Source of the DNA: a virus
Lineage: Duplodnaviria; Heunggongvirae; Uroviricota; Caudoviricetes
DNA: 50,015 nucleotides
Virus record (IMG/VR): IMGVR_UViG_2917403263_000001
Direction: 5' to 3' (one strand)
In this document: positions 38,530 through 48,561 of the stretch, in pieces
Layout: each line of letters opens with the position of its first letter
Position numbering within the stretch: position 1 is the first letter of the stretch
Notes under the pieces: generated by a model
What the model was told of the DNA's origin: nothing
Databases searched by the model: none
What the model saw: the letters and a program-made list of their open reading frames with translations, nothing else
Program-made: the position numbers and the translations under genes

Positions 38530-39195
38530 TCAAACAAAACCAGCCGCTTTCCGGCGTTCGTATTCCTGTTTCAGCAACTCAATTGGAGTTGGCCCCGACG
38601 GGCGTTCTGGTGCAGCCAGTTGCCGCCGGACTGGCGGAACACTGAGGCCGTCACCAACTTGTTTTGCCCATTTCGCCAGTTGCCGTTCTGCAAGTCCTTT
38701 TAACTCCCCTTCGGTCATCTGACGCTCAATCCCTTTTGCCCGCATCTCGAGGCAAATGTGATACAGCACAGGCTGAGACCACGGGTATTTATCGCTTCCG
38801 TCGTATCGCCAGGACTCGTTGCGCCAGCGTCGGTACTCCTCCATCACGGCATCCACAGTCAAACCAAACGGATTTGCCCCACTTTCCGAAATCAACGCCA
38901 CAAACTCTGCCAGGTCAGGAGGCCATGTTTCACCCGCCCGACAACGCTCCATGCACTGGCGGCAGACCTGCCGGATTTGCTGCTCAGTCATCGCGCCAAT
39001 CTGTGCAATCCAGAGCTTCGAAGGTGCGGCCCCGTTCTTCTGAGTCCAGCGGTTCGAATAAACCTCCCCCATGAGTTCCCACAGCTTCCACGCCGTTTCC
39101 GTCGCTGATAAATCCGTTTTCACGTTCCCACTGTTCACGTGCTGCCCGAATCTCCCGAACTGCCCGTGATGCGGTGCCACCTGGTGCTGCTGCAT
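38530..39195 (-). CDS. Replication protein P-like (helicase loader family); start uncertain
   Basis: The C-terminal two thirds resemble lambda gpP in layout (...[12 protein letters not shown]...[16 protein letters not shown]...). The ORF overlaps the upstream gene by up to 212 nt; candidate internal starts at 39072 or 38991. Confidence 0.65.
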   Translation of the reverse strand: MQQHQVAPHHGQFGRFGQHVNSGNVKTDLSATETAWKLWELMGEVYSNRWTQKNGAAPSKLWIAQIGAMTEQQIRQVCRQCMERCRAGETWPPDLAEFVALISESGANPFGLTVDAVMEEYRRWRNESWRYDGSDKYPWSQPVLYHICLEMRAKGIERQMTEGELKGLAERQLAKWAKQVGDGLSVPPVRRQLAAPERPSGPTPIELLKQEYERRKAAGFV

Positions 39196-39997
39196 GGCTC
39201 ACCCCCTTGCTGACTGGTTTAACCTGCGCCCTGACGTGATTTACGTGACGGGCGAATTTCTGCTCCCACTGAATCTGCGTGAAAACTTTCCCCTCCGCTG
39301 CCCAGTAGTCCCGGAAGGCGGCAAGTTCAGCAGGTGTAAATTCCGGCTCTGGCAGAGCCACTCCCCACAGTGCAGCCCGCCGTCGAAAATCCGGCGACGG
39401 ATGCCAGCCATCGGTCATCTGAAATTTCCCGATGGGTTCAATCAGGCCGTCAAGATATTCGGGTTCCGTTGTCTGCGATGGCGTACCGTTCGATTCACTT
39501 GTCGGAGTACTCTCGCGTACGCGCGCGTTATGTGTGGGGTTTAATTCTTTTAGATCTGTATCTTTATTAGTTGCTTTTGTGTTGGCATCATGTTCAAACA
39601 CCACTCCAACATATGTTTGAACACCTGTTAAATTTCTCTCTTGTTTTGTTTGAGCATCTGCTTCCTTTCTGCTTCTTCTGGCCTGAACAGATGCTTTTCC
39701 TGCGGCTGATTTTTTGGTTAACTTTTCCCTGACTGATGCCAGATCTTCTTCAATCCGAAGATGCACCCATTCGTCGCCGTTATCGCAAAAAAACTCCCGC
39801 AAGGATGGTTCAACATCAGCCCATCGCTCGTTAGTCAGACGGGCAATTTTTGCCAGCCTGTTTTTGGGTATTGGCTTTCCTGTTTGCCAGTAATTGAACA
39901 TCAGCAACAAATACGCACCGTGTTCCTCTGCTGACAAATGCATGGTGTCAGCCAGGTAATCAGCTATGTACAGTTGCATGTATGGTAATGCGGCCAT
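38984..39997 (-). CDS. Replication initiator-like protein (YdaU/DUF1376 N-terminal domain)
   Basis: Start chosen at [38 protein letters not shown]..., the DUF1376 signature; occupies the position of gpO. Confidence 0.7.
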   Translation of the reverse strand: MAALPYMQLYIADYLADTMHLSAEEHGAYLLLMFNYWQTGKPIPKNRLAKIARLTNERWADVEPSLREFFCDNGDEWVHLRIEEDLASVREKLTKKSAAGKASVQARRSRKEADAQTKQERNLTGVQTYVGVVFEHDANTKATNKDTDLKELNPTHNARVRESTPTSESNGTPSQTTEPEYLDGLIEPIGKFQMTDGWHPSPDFRRRAALWGVALPEPEFTPAELAAFRDYWAAEGKVFTQIQWEQKFARHVNHVRAQVKPVSKGVSHAAAPGGTASRAVREIRAAREQWERENGFISDGNGVEAVGTHGGGLFEPLDSEERGRTFEALDCTDWRDD

Positions 39998-40060
39998 AAT
40001 TGCCCCGTATGATGCTGCCCGGTGGCTTAGAATAAGCACAACCAGCATGGAAACTTTTGC

Positions 40061-40483
40061 TTAATGAACAATGACAGAATCGTCGGAAGACCCACCGCCG
40101 CTGAAATGCGCTTTCCGGTAAACGGCCTGAACTGCATCATCATGCGCATCAATTGCCGTACTCAACGCTTCCTGCGCCGCCAGTAATGCACGGCGTTCCA
40201 GGGTATCGAAGATGCAGAGTCGATGACGCAGTTCGCGCGGAAGAATTGCCAGAATTGCTGGGATCAGCTTCTGAATTTTTTCCCTTTGCGCTTTCGTTTC
40301 ACCTTTTAACCAACGGTGATAGATGCTCTGCTGATTATTCCAGTCCTTGCCTGGTACCAAAGGCAATTCGCCGCCCCCCTGCCGCAGATATTCTTCAGTA
40401 ATTGCGTTAGCGACCCACGCCTGCCCTTTTTCGGCTGCCAGGGCTAACAGCACTGATTCGATGTGCTCATGCCTGATTTTCAT
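40061..40483 (-). CDS. ydaT: YdaT (CII-like regulator of Rac-type prophages)
   Basis: 140 aa; MKIRHEHIESVLLALAAEKGQAWVANAITEEYLRQGGGELPLVPGKDWN... matches my recollection of Rac YdaT. Confidence 0.8.
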   Translation of the reverse strand: MKIRHEHIESVLLALAAEKGQAWVANAITEEYLRQGGGELPLVPGKDWNNQQSIYHRWLKGETKAQREKIQKLIPAILAILPRELRHRLCIFDTLERRALLAAQEALSTAIDAHDDAVQAVYRKAHFSGGGSSDDSVIVH

Positions 40484-40685
40484 GAATCACCTTCCCAGGT
40501 CGTTTTGCCTTACGATATTCGTCATAAACTTTGGGGTCGTACTGAAGCTCCCCGCCAGATGCTTTTTGTAGGCGCATCGCGCGACCTTCGGGAACCAGTT
40601 CACCCCATGCAGCAACACTTGCCAGTTTCACTCCTGCGGCATTGGCAAGCTTTGTTTTGCTGCCAAAAAAAGTAAATTGCATCAA
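40467..40685 (-). CDS. Cro-like repressor (DicC-like)
   Basis: 72 aa; FGSKTKLANAAGVKLASVAAWGELVPEGRAMRLQKASGGELQYDPKVYDEYRK resembles DicC; divergent from the repressor gene. Confidence 0.8.
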   Translation of the reverse strand: MMQFTFFGSKTKLANAAGVKLASVAAWGELVPEGRAMRLQKASGGELQYDPKVYDEYRKAKRPGKVIHENQA

Positions 40686-40708
40686 CTTTAAGCATCAAAG
40701 CCCCCTTT

Positions 40709-40726
40709 TGTTAGATATTTCTAACA
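40709..40726. promoter_or_regulatory. Operator, perfect palindrome TGTTAGA-tatt-TCTAACA
   Basis: Lies in the divergent cro-like/repressor intergenic region. Confidence 0.65.
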
Positions 40727-40775
40727 GTAATGTGCGCGGGATATCTAAGTCAAGAAAAATTAGAATTACCTAACT

Positions 40776-41183
40776 ATGGATACAAGAACCCTAGGCCAGC
40801 GAGTTCTGGCACGACGAAAAGAATTACGCCTAACACAACGAGAAGCTGCACGCCTCGCTGGGGTAGCTCACGTCACAATTTCGCAATGGGAAAGAGACGA
40901 AACCCAACCAGTCGGGAAGCGGTTGTTTGCTTTAGCGGATGCGCTGAAGTGCTCGCCTACATGGCTAATGTTTGGTGACGAAGACAAGGCACCAGTACCA
41001 GCACAAGAACTTCATGTGGAAACCGAGTTAACTCCCAACCACAAAGAATTGATCGAATTATTCGATGCTCTTCCATCCTCCGAGCAGGAAGCCTTGCTGT
41101 CTGAAATGCGCGCAAGAGTAGAGAATTTCAATAAACTCTTCGAAGAAATGCTTAAAGCGCGTAAAAACAAATCAATAAAATAA
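40776..41183 (+). CDS. Prophage repressor, DicA-like (XRE HTH, no S24 peptidase domain)
   Basis: 135 aa; LRLTQREAARLAGVAHVTISQWERDETQP...CSPTWLMFGDEDK...RARVENFNKLFEEMLKARK resembles DicA along its length. Confidence 0.85.
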   Translation: MDTRTLGQRVLARRKELRLTQREAARLAGVAHVTISQWERDETQPVGKRLFALADALKCSPTWLMFGDEDKAPVPAQELHVETELTPNHKELIELFDALPSSEQEALLSEMRARVENFNKLFEEMLKARKNKSIK

Positions 41184-41219
41184 CATCCTTTTCAGTTGCT
41201 TAGATTCTCCCACCCTTTT

Positions 41220-41237
41220 TGTTAGACTGATCTAACA
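41220..41237. promoter_or_regulatory. Operator, perfect palindrome TGTTAGA-ctga-TCTAACA
   Basis: Downstream of the repressor gene; shares the CCCTTTTTGTTAGA left flank with the 40709 site. Confidence 0.6.
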
Positions 41238-41255
41238 AAAAACACTTGCCATATT

Positions 41256-41273
41256 TGTTAGGTTATTCTAAAT
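41256..41273. promoter_or_regulatory. Degenerate operator TGTTAGG-ttat-TCTAAAT
   Basis: Lies 18 bp after the 41220 operator. Confidence 0.4.
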
Positions 41274-41346
41274 TACTCTCCATCAAGACACCGCACGGTG
41301 TTCTCAGCAAACAGTTCCGCCACCCGGCGTTAAGGGGAGAGATAAG

Positions 41347-41481
41347 ATGGAGCATTACGAAGTAGTTCAGTATTTGATGGATTGTTGCGGTATCACTTAC
41401 AACCAAGCTGTACAGGCTCTACGCAGGAACGACTGGGATCTCTGGCAAGCTGAAGCCTCTATCCGCAGCAACAAGATGTAA
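41347..41481 (+). CDS. ydaG: 44-aa protein, YdaG-like (not in the track)
   Basis: ATG after GGGGAGAG; MEHYEVVQYLMDCCGITYNQAVQALRRNDWDLWQAEASIRSNKM; Rac synteny. Confidence 0.5.
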   Translation: MEHYEVVQYLMDCCGITYNQAVQALRRNDWDLWQAEASIRSNKM

Positions 41482-41491
41482 GGTCAGCAAA

Positions 41492-41647
41492 ATGCAAAAA
41501 ATCGACCTCGGCAACAACGAATCTCTGGTATGTGGCGTGTTCCCAAACCATGACGGCACGTTCACCGCTATGACGTATACCAAAAGCAAAACGTTTAAAA
41601 CCGAAGCTGGCGCGCGTCGATGGTTGGAGAAGCACACAGTAAGCTAA
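41492..41647 (+). CDS. ydaF: 51-aa protein, YdaF-like (not in the track)
   Basis: MQKIDLGNNESLVCGVFPNHDGTFTAMTYTKSKTFKTEAGARRWLEKHTVS; Rac synteny next to sieB. Confidence 0.5.
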   Translation: MQKIDLGNNESLVCGVFPNHDGTFTAMTYTKSKTFKTEAGARRWLEKHTVS

Positions 41648-42132
41648 CGATTAAAACGCCTACTCCTGCTGTTCCAGAATAACTTCATAAAGTGGGAGTA
41701 TTTTTCGGTGACGAGATAATAAGAACAGTTTGCGCTATCACTCTGATGTTGAATGATGCCCTTCCGTTCTAATTTTTTCATAACCGGGTTACGGCAAGGA
41801 GAAGTGATAATAAGATTTCCTGTTTTAAGGAAATCTTTAAATACAGAGATTTCTTCCTCTGATAAACGAAGCAATACTCGTTGCTCTGGTAGCAATGAAT
41901 AATGCTTTTGAATATGCGCTCGCAATCTTGAGAAGGAAATAGCGACCACGAAAGAAAAGGCAAAAGCGATAATCTGAAAGAGCCAGGGTATTTCAGTATA
42001 AGCATTGAATGCGACAGCAAACTCTTTCGGTATCAACCAGAGAGTGAGGCCGAAAATGATAATCGTGTACATAAGTCTTTCGAGTGGCTCGTTAGCAAAA
42101 AGTTTCAACAATGGAGTAAATACATCCAACAT
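41644..42132 (-). CDS. sieB: Superinfection exclusion protein B
   Basis: 162 aa from MLDVFTPLLKLFANEPLERLMYTIIIFGLTLWLIPKEF...; matches my recollection of Rac SieB. Confidence 0.85.
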   Translation of the reverse strand: MLDVFTPLLKLFANEPLERLMYTIIIFGLTLWLIPKEFAVAFNAYTEIPWLFQIIAFAFSFVVAISFSRLRAHIQKHYSLLPEQRVLLRLSEEEISVFKDFLKTGNLIITSPCRNPVMKKLERKGIIQHQSDSANCSYYLVTEKYSHFMKLFWNSRSRRFNR

Positions 42133-42350
42133 ATCAATAACTCTCGACTGTAAGGGTATTGAAATGTTAACACAAGCTCTCGCTGTAGGGGTATAGCAGA
42201 GACCACCGAAGCCCGGAGGTGGTGAAATAAAACCGGGCGCAACACGAAGGCGCATTTCCGATATCCATAAAGAGTCGGTCTTGTCTGTTAAATTTAAATG
42301 GTTGGAGTGCGCCTCCGGTTGTGAATAACAACACTGCTGTGTGTAGTCTT

Positions 42351-42397
42351 GGCGGCATCAGTTTTTTCTTGAAGTTCGACTGATGTCCGCCCTTTTT
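42351..42397 (+). terminator. Strong intrinsic terminator in the early-left transcription unit
   Basis: GGCGGCATCAGT - 16-nt loop - ACTGATGTCCGCC followed by CTTTTT. Confidence 0.65.
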
Positions 42398-42575
42398 AAA
42401 GTGAATTTTGTGATGCGGTGAATGCGGCTAAGCGGACGCGGCACAGTTAAAAGTCATGTTAGTCCTTATTGGTTTGGGTGGGAAAGCCGACTGTAATTGT
42501 TAACTGGTTGCAGTCACCTGGAGGCACCAGGCACCGCATCAACAAAGTTCATTTAGTAACCAGGAAGGGAATTAT

Positions 42576-42848
42576 ATGCAAGAGATAAGTTTTGAAGTAA
42601 CAGCAAAAGATGTACAGGTTAAGCCCGATTACAATCAAAAATTATGTATTGAAGTCAATGGCGTGAAGTTATCAGACCTGATTGATTCAGTTGAAGATAA
42701 CGACGCTATTATTGAAATGGTTGGAGCCGAAGAAATAGCAGAATATTTTTCAACAGAGGGGCGTCTTCATGAGCTTCTGGAAAAATTTTCATATCAGGAT
42801 ATCGCTACATTTCTGGAAATTAATGGTTATAAAGTTACCGAGGAATAA
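42576..42848 (+). CDS. Acidic 90-aa protein, function unknown
   Basis: ATG after AGGAAGGGA; rich in D and E; first gene after the terminator. Confidence 0.6.
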   Translation: MQEISFEVTAKDVQVKPDYNQKLCIEVNGVKLSDLIDSVEDNDAIIEMVGAEEIAEYFSTEGRLHELLEKFSYQDIATFLEINGYKVTEE

Positions 42849-42866
42849 AGTAGCTCAGGTGGCGTT

Positions 42867-43076
42867 ATGGAACGTAATCATCTAACAGCTATCAGTGCCG
42901 CACAGAGTAAATTCGCCATCGCTGTATTTTTACAGGATGAAGAAATGTTTGAGCAGGCCATTATTCAGTTTGCAATTGCGACCGGGAGTAAAATAAATGA
43001 ACACTTTGTTCGCTCTTGTCATGACCGTTTTTCTGACATCAGGCGAAACTCAGGATGTTGTTACCGGAATTTATAA
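42867..43076 (+). CDS. Hypothetical 69-aa protein (3-prime end uncertain)
   Basis: ORF overlaps the next gene by 80 nt. Confidence 0.4.
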   Translation: MERNHLTAISAAQSKFAIAVFLQDEEMFEQAIIQFAIATGSKINEHFVRSCHDRFSDIRRNSGCCYRNL

Positions 43077-43233
43077 CTCCGAACCTGAATGCAAGGCCGC
43101 AGCTATTGAGCAAAAAGTAGCTGGCGAATGTTTCCCTGTTGAGAAATTTATCCGGCCTGTAAATGAAGAAATTCCCGCAGGCCTCACAGGAGAAAATCAT
43201 GAAAATAAAATGTGCTTACCACCTTTGCAATAA
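42997..43233 (+). CDS. Small protein with an N-terminal signal/TM segment (DUF1482-like)
   Basis: MNTLFALVMTVFLTSGETQDVVTGIYNSEPECKAAA... Confidence 0.5.
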   Translation: MNTLFALVMTVFLTSGETQDVVTGIYNSEPECKAAAIEQKVAGECFPVEKFIRPVNEEIPAGLTGENHENKMCLPPLQ

Positions 43234-43363
43234 AGAAGTTGAAGAAAGCAAAACTATTACAAGACCACTTCATTTCATGCGTGGAGTTATCCCAACGACG
43301 GAAATGAAAAAATATTGTAGTGAAATCTGTGCCGAAAAAGACCAGATGGCACACGAACTTTAA
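43199..43363 (+). CDS. ydaE: YdaE-like Cys-rich small protein
   Basis: 54 aa from MKIKCAYHLCNKEVEESK...YCSEICAEKDQMAHEL after AGGAG; Rac synteny upstream of racC. Confidence 0.55.
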   Translation: MKIKCAYHLCNKEVEESKTITRPLHFMRGVIPTTEMKKYCSEICAEKDQMAHEL

Positions 43364-43437
43364 TTAACTGACTATTCGAAAATGAATTTATGCCAGCAAT
43401 GGCAGGGATTCGCTCAACCTTAATTAAGGAGAAAAAC

Positions 43438-43714
43438 ATGATTACCAATTATGAAGTCACTGTTGTAACTACCGATGACATTGTTCACGAGGTTAATCTG
43501 GAAGGAAAGCGTATTGGCTACGTGATTAAAACAGGAAATAAAGAAACCCCATTCACTGTGGTTGATATCGACGGTCCATCAGGCAACGTAAAAACACTTG
43601 ATGAAGGTGTCACAAAAATGTGCCTGGTTCACATCGGAAAGAATCTGCCCGCAGAAAAAAAAAGCCGGATTTCTGGCAACTCTGATTGCAATGAAATTAA
43701 ACGGTGAAATCTGA
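43438..43714 (+). pseudogene. racC: RacC, C-terminus altered by an extra base in an A9 run
   Basis: MITNYEVTVVTTDDIVHEVNLEGKRIGYVIKTGNKETPFTVVDIDGPSGNVKTLDEG... The present frame ends ...AEKKSRISGNSDCNEIKR at 43707. With A8 (run at 43655-43663) it reads ...AEKKAGFLATLIAMKLNGEI and stops at 43714. Confidence 0.75.
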
Positions 43715-43815
43715 AAGAAATAGCCTGCGTATGGCGCAGGCTATGAACAGTGTGTATCCGGCAAGATCATTCACTGAACAAAACGAATTTTAATCTGAGT
43801 TGAGGTTAAAAAACA

Positions 43816-46800
43816 ATGAGCACAAAACCACTTTTCCTGTTACGGAAAGCGAAAAAATCATCCGGTGAACCTGACGTCGTCCTCTGGGCAAGCGACGATT
43901 TTGAATCGACCTGTGCCACTCTGGACTACCTGCTCGTTAAGTCAGGTAAAAAACTGAGCAGCTATTTTAAACATGTTGCCACGAATTTTCCTGTCGTTAA
44001 TGACCTTCCCCCTGAAGGTGAGATCGATTTTACCTGGAGTGAACGCTATCAACTCAGCAAAGACTCCATGACCTGGGAACTAAAACCAGGAACAGCGCCA
44101 GACGACGTTCACCATCAGGAGAATGCACCGGAAACCGAAGAACCGGCGGGAGGCCAGGAAGAAAACACACGGGCAGACGCTCACGGGGATTGCCAGGATT
44201 GCGAAGTATCTGTATCTACTTTGCGGTTCACACAGCGTCTTCTGCACATTTTTACCTATGCGGCCGGGGATCGGAAATACCTGCATCATGCCACCCGAGA
44301 ACAACGCGAACACATTACTGCTCTTGAGATGGATCAGGAAAACAGCTATGTCCAGAATCTGCTGTTGGCCATACGCGGCATGGCAGAACCGACAACTCTG
44401 GATAATGCCGCCCTGCTCCGCCTGACTGATGCAATTAAGGCAGTTTTCTCTATCACGAAAAAACATCAGCCCTATGAATTTAAGAATTTCATTTCAGCCT
44501 GGCTGGATACCGAACACATTGATCGCGGTCTTCTGACAAAAGAATGGCAAAAAGGGAATCGTGTTTCACGCATCACTCGCACGGCTTCCGGTGCTAATGC
44601 TGGCGGCGGGAACCTCACCGATCGCGGCGAAGGTTTCGTCCATGATCTGACGTCACTGGCGCGCGATGTAGCCACTGGCGTACTGGCCCGTTCAATGGAC
44701 GTGGACATCTATAACCTTCATCCGGCACACGCGAAACGCATTGAGGAAATTATCGCTGAAAATAAACCGCCCTTTTCTGTTTTCCGCGACAAATTCATCA
44801 CCATGCCTGGCGGGCTGGATTATTCACGCGCCATCGTGGTTGCGTCCGTGAAAGAAGCACCAATTGGGATCGAGGTCATCCCCGCGCACGTCACTGAATA
44901 TCTGAACAAAGTACTGACTGAAACCGATCATGCCAACCCTGATCCGGAAATCGTGGATATTGCCTGCGGTCGCTCCTCTGCCCCGATGCCGCAGCGTGTA
45001 ACAGAAGAAGGAAAACAGGATGATGAAGAAAAACCACAACCAACTGGAACAACGGCAGATGAACAGGGAGAGGCTGAAACAATGGAACCGGACGCAACTG
45101 AACATCATCAGGACACGCAGCCGCTGGATGCTCAGTCACAGGTAAATTCTGTTGATGCGAAATATCAGGAACTGCGGGCAGAACTCCATGAAGCCCGGAA
45201 AAACATTCCATCAAAAAATCCTGTCGATGCCGATAAATTGCTTGCTGCATCACGTGGTGAATTTGTTGACGGAATTAGCGACCCGAACGATCCGAAATGG
45301 GTTAAGGGGATCCAGACTCGCGATTCTGTGTACCAGAACCAGCCAGAAACGGAACAAAACACGCCAGAAACTGAAAAAACCAGCCCGGATGTGAAACAAC
45401 CAGAGCCAGTAGTGCAACAGGAACCGGAGAAAGTCTGCAATGTCTGTGGCAAGACTGGCGGGGATAACTGCCCTGACTGTGGTGCGGTGATGGGCGACGC
45501 AACATACCAGGAAACATTCGATGAAGAGAATCAGGTTGAAGCTAAGGAAAAAGATCCGGTGGAAATGGAAGGCGCTGAACATCCGCACAATGAGAATGCT
45601 GGCAGCGATCCGCATCGTGATTGCAGTGATGAAACTGGTGAAGCGTCAGCTCCTGTAGCAACTGAAATCATGTGGCCGTCATATTTCGAGCCTGGCCGCT
45701 ATGAAAACCTCCCGAACGAGGTTTATCACTCCGCCAACGGAATAAGCAGCACGATGCTGAAGGATGCCCGTATCAGCCTGATGTATTACCACGGACGGCA
45801 CATTACCGGAACTATTCCGAACGAGGAAAGTGATGCACTGCTGCGTGGGCGGATCATTCACAGCTATGTTCTGGAAACGGATAAATTCGCTGATGAATAT
45901 GCCATTCCGGTACCGGTTCCTGAATATGTGGTTACTACTTCTAACGAACTGATCGCCATCATTAAAAAACACAATGCCAGTCTGCCAGCACTGATGACAC
46001 CAGAGCAGATGAAAGAGTGGATCGAAAGCTACAACAGCACTCTTATACAGCCACTGTCTGTAAGTGCCGGGGCCGAAGAAACAGGCATCCTTTACGGTTC
46101 GCTTCCGGTGGAATTTCGGCGTATTCCTGAGGGGGAAAAACACACAGCATCAGCAATGAAAGCCTGTATTAAAGAATACAACGCAAGCCTCCCTCCTCTG
46201 TTGAAAACCAGTGGAGCACGGGAGCAGCTTCTGGATCAAATTGAAACTGTAGACCCAGAACTGGCAAAAAAAGAACGTGCTAAATCTTTGCCTTACAACA
46301 TCAGTGGCACAAAAGAGCAATTAACCGAAATCGCACGGAAAATTCGCCCGGAACTGGTGACACTGGAGGACTGGCAAAAACGCCAGCAAGAAGAAAATGC
46401 CGGGAAAACGTTTATCAGTCCGGATATGTATGAACAGGCAAAAAATATTCACGCGGCACTGCAAAACAATACCGATGCAGCAAGGCTACTCAACCACCCG
46501 GATCGCAAATCTGAAATCAGCTATTTCGGGTTTGATGAAGAAACCGGGCTGGAAATCAGGGTCCGTCCTGATATCGAAATCCGGCTGCCATACGAAAGCA
46601 TTTGCGCTGACGTGAAGTCAGTCAGCCTCGGTTATGTGCGACAGGAACGACTTAAAGATCGCCTGCACCGTGAAATTATTGAGCGTGATTATCACCTCAG
46701 CGCCGCAATGTATTGCGATGTGGCAAACCTGGACAAATTTTTCTGGATCTTCGTCAACAAAGATGCTGGCTATCACTGGGTGGCAGTCGTGGAAGCCTCG

Positions 46801-46959
46801 CAGGAACTCCTGGAACTTGGTCGACAGGAATATCGCCGGACGCTACGCCAGATAAACGAAGCCCTGGAGACAAACAACTGGCCAGCACCGATTACCGAAA
46901 GTTATACCGACGAATTAAACGACTTTGATCTTCGTCGTCTTGAAGCACTGAGCATCTGA
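43816..46959 (+). CDS. recE: RecE-type exonuclease VIII (long N-terminal region plus C-terminal PD-(D/E)XK exonuclease)
   Basis: 1047 aa. The N-terminus [26 protein letters not shown]... and the central region match my recollection of Rac RecE. The C-terminal third is a different exonuclease variant. Confidence 0.85.
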   Translation: MSTKPLFLLRKAKKSSGEPDVVLWASDDFESTCATLDYLLVKSGKKLSSYFKHVATNFPVVNDLPPEGEIDFTWSERYQLSKDSMTWELKPGTAPDDVHHQENAPETEEPAGGQEENTRADAHGDCQDCEVSVSTLRFTQRLLHIFTYAAGDRKYLHHATREQREHITALEMDQENSYVQNLLLAIRGMAEPTTLDNAALLRLTDAIKAVFSITKKHQPYEFKNFISAWLDTEHIDRGLLTKEWQKGNRVSRITRTASGANAGGGNLTDRGEGFVHDLTSLARDVATGVLARSMDVDIYNLHPAHAKRIEEIIAENKPPFSVFRDKFITMPGGLDYSRAIVVASVKEAPIGIEVIPAHVTEYLNKVLTETDHANPDPEIVDIACGRSSAPMPQRVTEEGKQDDEEKPQPTGTTADEQGEAETMEPDATEHHQDTQPLDAQSQVNSVDAKYQELRAELHEARKNIPSKNPVDADKLLAASRGEFVDGISDPNDPKWVKGIQTRDSVYQNQPETEQNTPETEKTSPDVKQPEPVVQQEPEKVCNVCGKTGGDNCPDCGAVMGDATYQETFDEENQVEAKEKDPVEMEGAEHPHNENAGSDPHRDCSDETGEASAPVATEIMWPSYFEPGRYENLPNEVYHSANGISSTMLKDARISLMYYHGRHITGTIPNEESDALLRGRIIHSYVLETDKFADEYAIPVPVPEYVVTTSNELIAIIKKHNASLPALMTPEQMKEWIESYNSTLIQPLSVSAGAEETGILYGSLPVEFRRIPEGEKHTASAMKACIKEYNASLPPLLKTSGAREQLLDQIETVDPELAKKERAKSLPYNISGTKEQLTEIARKIRPELVTLEDWQKRQQEENAGKTFISPDMYEQAKNIHAALQNNTDAARLLNHPDRKSEISYFGFDEETGLEIRVRPDIEIRLPYESICADVKSVSLGYVRQERLKDRLHREIIERDYHLSAAMYCDVANLDKFFWIFVNKDAGYHWVAVVEASQELLELGRQEYRRTLRQINEALETNNWPAPITESYTDELNDFDLRRLEALSI

Positions 46960-46970
46960 GGAAGGACACA

Positions 46971-48023
46971 ATGAACGAATTAACTCAACAAGAAAATATT
47001 AACTCTAATGTTGCGGTTTTCAGCCCTCAGTCCCTGGCTGCAATTCAGACATTTTCCCAGGTAATGGCTTCCGGCATGGCTACTGTACCGGAACACCTCC
47101 GGGGAAATCCATCAGACTGCATGGCCATCACCATGCAGGCGATGCAGTGGCAAATGAACCCTTACGCAGTAGCTCAGAAAACTTTCGTTGTGAATGGTGT
47201 GCTCGGATATGAAGCGCAACTGGTTAATGCCGTAATCAGTACTCGTGGGCCGCTAACCGGGCGTATTGAATATGACTGGTTCGGGCCGTGGGAAAAAATT
47301 ATCGGGAAATTTGAAATCAGGAAGAGCGACAAAGGGAAAGAATATCGTGTACCTGGCTGGAAGCTGGCCGATGAAAACGGGATCGGTGTTCGTGTCCAGG
47401 CAACACTACGCGGCGAAAGTAAACCACGCGTACTGGAATTACTTCTGGCGCAGGCCAGAACACGTAACTCAACGCTATGGGCCGACGATCCTCGCCAGCA
47501 GCTTGCCTATCTGGCGCTGAAACGCTGGGCGCGCCTTTATTGCCCCGAAGTGATTCTTGGAGTGTACACCAGGGACGAACTGGACGAGCCACAGGAAAAA
47601 ATCATTAATCCGGTTCAGGAACATAAAAACACTTCCGCTTGCCGCGCGGAACGTGAAACAACAATTATTGAGCAGGATGCCGGGGAAAACTGGATCGATG
47701 CTTTCCGTGAACGTATTGAGCAGGCACAAAGCACCGGGGAAACAACAGCACTTCGCCAGGAAGTGGAAGATCATAAAAATACACTTGGCGCTCTCTATAC
47801 GGAACTTAAAGGAAAAGTGGTTCAGCGTCATCACCGTCTCAATGCTATTGCCCGTATCGAGAAGATGATAAATGACCTACCTTCTTCAGGTGATCCAGAA
47901 GCAGAACAAAAATTTACTGCTCTGGAAAATACGCTGAATGCTGCCCGGCCACATCTGGGTGAATTATATGAGGCGTATAAAACGACACTGACAGATATGA
48001 AACCAGAATATATCGGCTCCTGA
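46971..48023 (+). CDS. Single-strand annealing protein (RecT/Red-beta superfamily)
   Basis: 350 aa immediately after recE; N-terminal core DCMAITMQAMQWQMNPYAVAQKTFVVNGVLGYEAQL fits the RecT/Bet pattern. Confidence 0.75.
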   Translation: MNELTQQENINSNVAVFSPQSLAAIQTFSQVMASGMATVPEHLRGNPSDCMAITMQAMQWQMNPYAVAQKTFVVNGVLGYEAQLVNAVISTRGPLTGRIEYDWFGPWEKIIGKFEIRKSDKGKEYRVPGWKLADENGIGVRVQATLRGESKPRVLELLLAQARTRNSTLWADDPRQQLAYLALKRWARLYCPEVILGVYTRDELDEPQEKIINPVQEHKNTSACRAERETTIIEQDAGENWIDAFRERIEQAQSTGETTALRQEVEDHKNTLGALYTELKGKVVQRHHRLNAIARIEKMINDLPSSGDPEAEQKFTALENTLNAARPHLGELYEAYKTTLTDMKPEYIGS

Positions 48024-48086
48024 TATTGACTTTGGCGGTGTAGCCTCACCGCCATCACAAAATTTTATTTTATGAGAGAAAAGACA

Positions 48087-48281
48087 ATGCGGTATGAAAA
48101 AGTCAAACCATGCCCTTTTTGTGGTTGTCCATCAGTAACGGTGAAAGCCATTTCAGGATATTACCGCGCGAAGTGTAACGGATGCGAATCCCGAACCGGC
48201 TATGGTGGAAGTGAAAAAGAAGCACTCGAACGATGGAATAAACGAACCACTGGAAATAATAATGGAGGTGTTCATGTATAA
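48087..48281 (+). CDS. ralR: RalR / Lar restriction-alleviation protein (type I toxin DNase)
   Basis: MRYEKVKPCPFCGCPSVTVKAISGYYRAKCNGCESRTGYGGSEKEALERWNKRT... matches my recollection of Rac RalR. Confidence 0.8.
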   Translation: MRYEKVKPCPFCGCPSVTVKAISGYYRAKCNGCESRTGYGGSEKEALERWNKRTTGNNNGGVHV

Positions 48282-48462
48282 AATTACCGCCACTATTGAA
48301 AAGGAAGGTGGCACTCCTACTAACTGGACAAGGTACTCAAAAACAAAATTAACCAAATCAGAATGCGAAAAAATGCTCTCAGGTAAAAAAGAAGCAGGCG
48401 TTTCCAGAGAGCAGAAAGTAAAACTGATAAATTTTAATTGCGAGAAAATTCAGTCCTCGTGA
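48274..48462 (+). CDS. ydaC: YdaC (DUF1187)
   Basis: 62 aa from MYKITATIEKEGGTPTNW...; ATG 5 nt after GGAGG; Rac synteny. Confidence 0.6.
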   Translation: MYKITATIEKEGGTPTNWTRYSKTKLTKSECEKMLSGKKEAGVSREQKVKLINFNCEKIQSS

Positions 48463-48561
48463 GTTGCATTGTATTCAAATTAAAACTTCATAGCTGATTA
48501 TTAATAATCAACATCGGGCGTCAATTTCGGTCTAACATTGGCGCCTGCCAGAGGTGATGCG

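Noticed and set aside
38984-39195. 212-nt overlap of the O-like and P-like replication ORFs, considered as evidence of another frameshift
   Set aside because: Both frames give family-plausible sequence and internal ATGs exist (39072, 38991). The overlap is probably an artefact of taking the longest ORF, so only the start is flagged as uncertain.
42517-42531. boxB-like hairpin CCTGG-aggca-CCAGG upstream of the first delayed-early gene
   Set aside because: No N-like Arg-rich protein and no boxA-like element were seen, and a 5-bp stem is easily found by chance. It is kept only as a note.
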